The notes under the pieces are model-generated. The model did not search any database. It was not told the origin of the DNA and was given only the letters and a program-made list of their open reading frames with translations. Position numbers and translations under genes: made by a program. From Nemertoderma westbladi (Eukaryota > Animalia > Xenacoelomorpha): a stretch of 64,000 nt of DNA. Below are positions 61,701 through 64,000 of the stretch, piece after piece. How positions within the stretch are numbered: the stretch's first letter is position 1; the number at the start of each line of letters is the position of its first letter. Location: NCBI GenBank assembly GCA_032718475.1, contig JAUCBJ010007869.1:1-64000 (forward strand), given 5' to 3'.

Positions 61701-64000
61701 TAGTGGGTGGAGATTCCTTTAATACTAGTTATACAAACTGGAATCCTGCACGCTCACAGCGTTATATCTGTAAAGGTAAATAGTGGGTGGAGATTCCTTT
61801 AATACTAGTTATACAAACTGGAATCCTGCACGCTCACAGCGTTATATCTGTAAAGGTAAATAGTGGGTGGAGATTCCTTTAATACTAGTTATACAAACTG
61901 GAATCCTGCACGCTCACAGCGTTATATCTGTAAAGGTAAATAGTGGGTGGAGATTCCTTTAATACTAGTTATACAAACTGGAATCCTGCACGCTCACACC
62001 GTTATATCTGTAAAGGTAAATAGTGGGTGGAGATTCCTTTAATACTAGTTATACAAACTGGAATCCTGCACGCTCACACCGTTATATCTGTAAAGGTAAA
62101 TAGTGGGTGGAGATTCCTTTAATACTAGTTATACAAACTGGAATCCTGCACGCTCACAGCGTTATATCTGTAAAGGTAAATAGTGGGTGGAGATTCCTTT
62201 AATACTAGTTATACAAACTGGAATCCTGCACGCTCACACCGTTATATCTGTAAAGGTAAATAGTGGGTGGAGATTCCTTTAATACTAGTTATACAAACTG
62301 GAATCCTGCACGCTCACACCGTTATATCTGTAAAGGTAAATAGTGGGTGGAGATTCCTTTAATACTAGTTATACAAACTGGAATCCTGCACGCTCACACC
62401 GTTATATCTGTAAAGGTAAATAGTGGGTGGAGATTCCTTTAATACTAGTTATACAAACTGGAATCCTGCACGCTCACAGCGTTATATCTGTAAAGGTAAA
62501 TAGTGGGTGGAGATTCCTTTAATACTAGTTATACAAACTGGAATCCTGCACGCTCACACCGTTATATCTGTAAAGGTATAATAGTGGGTGGAGATTCCTT
62601 TAATACTAGTTATACAAACTGGAATCCTGCACGCTCACACCGTTATATCTGTAAAGGTAAATAGTGGGTGGAGATTCCTTTAATACTAGTTATACAAACT
62701 GGAATCCTGCACGCTCACACCGTTATATCTGTAAAGGTAAATAGTGGGTGGAGATTCCTTTAATACTAGTTATACAAACTGGAATCCTGCACGCTCACAC
62801 CGTTATATCTGTAAAGGTAAATAGTGGGTGGAGATTCCTTTAATACTAGTTATACAAACTGGAATCCTGCACGCTCACACCGTTATATCTGTAAAGGTAA
62901 ATAGTGGGTGGAGATTCCTTTAATACTAGTTATACAAACTGGAATCCTGCACGCTCACACCGTTATATCTGTAAAGGTAAATAGTGGGTGGAGATTCCTT
63001 TAATACTAGTTATACAAACTGGAATCCTGCACGCTCACACCGTTATATCTGTAAAGGTAAATAGTGGGTGGAGATTCCTTTAATACTAGTTATACAAACT
63101 GGAATCCTGCACGCTCACACCGTTATATCTGTAAAGGATAATAGTGGGTGGAGATTCCTTTAATACTAGTTATACAAACTGGAATCCTGCACGCTCACAG
63201 CCGTTATATCTGTAAAGGTAAATAGTGGGTGGAGATTCCTTTAATACTAGTTATACAAACTGGAATCCTGCACGCTCACAGCGTTATATCTGTAAAGGTA
63301 TAATAGTGGGTGGAGATTCCTTTAATACTAGTTATACAAACTGGAATCCTGCACGCTCACAGCGTTATATCTGTAAAGGTAAATAGTGGGTGGAGATTCC
63401 TTTAATACTAGTTATACAAACTGGAATCCTGCACGCTCACAGCGTTATATCTGTAAAGGTAAATAGTGGGTGGAGATTCCTTTAATACTAGTTATACAAA
63501 CTGGAATCCTGCACGCTCACAGCGTTATATCTGTAAAGGTAAATAGTGGGTGGAGATTCCTTTAATACTAGTTATACAAACTGGAATCCTGCACGCTCAC
63601 AGCGTTATATCTGTAAAGGTAAATAGTGGGTGGAGATTCCTTTAATACTAGTTATACAAACTGGAATCCTGCACGCTCACAGCGTTATATCTGTAAAGGT
63701 AAATAGTGGGTGGAGATTCCTTTAATACTAGTTATACAAACTGGAATCCTGCACGCTCACAGCGTTATATCTGTAAAGGTAAATAGTGGGTGGAGATTCC
63801 TTTAATACTAGTTATACAAACTGGAATCCTGCACGCTCACAGCGTTATATCTGTAAAGGTAAATAGTGGGTGGAGATTCCTTTAATACTAGTTATACAAA
63901 CTGGAATCCTGCACGCTCACAGCGTTATATCTGTAAAGGTAAATAGTGGGTGGAGATTCCTTTAATACTAGTTATACAAACTGGAATCCTGCACGCTCAC
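55742..64000 (-). repeat. 80-bp satellite (>=103 copies, runs off the window) built from a filamin 3' splice site
   Basis: Minus-strand unit GTTTGTATAACTAGTATTAAAGGAATCTCCACCCACTATTTACCTTTACAG|ATATAACGGTGTGAGCGTGCAGGATTCCA; its first 28 post-AG nt are the start of exon 55618-55769. Confidence 0.97.

Noticed and set aside
55742-64000. CRISPR array interpretation of this or the other arrays
   Set aside because: Units are contiguous and near-identical with no unique spacers, there are no cas genes, and the context is eukaryotic.

Overview
Animal (probably invertebrate bilaterian) genomic DNA, not prokaryotic. The backbone is a minus-strand filamin gene that the ORF track largely misses. Three exons (55618-55769, 54717-54890, 2811-2960) have canonical AG/GT ends, splice in phase and encode consecutive filamin Ig repeats (about Ig16-18 in FLNA numbering). 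The last two are separated by a ~51.8-kb intron (2961-54716) that holds nearly everything else in the window: an intronless eIF4G gene on the same strand, a head-to-head pair of intronless paralogs encoding predicted mitochondrion-targeted, C-terminally anchored proteins, three LINE bodies plus a 3' fragment, a decayed piggyBac, nested MITEs, a non-autonomous element with an array of CTCF-like sites, a minimal hammerhead ribozyme and several satellites. The most striking feature is that three of the satellites are tandem amplifications of the filamin splice junctions themselves: >100 x 80 bp of an acceptor, 6 x 61 bp of one donor and ~85 x 29 bp of another donor. All calls come from reading the sequence; no searches were run, and copy numbers are estimates.
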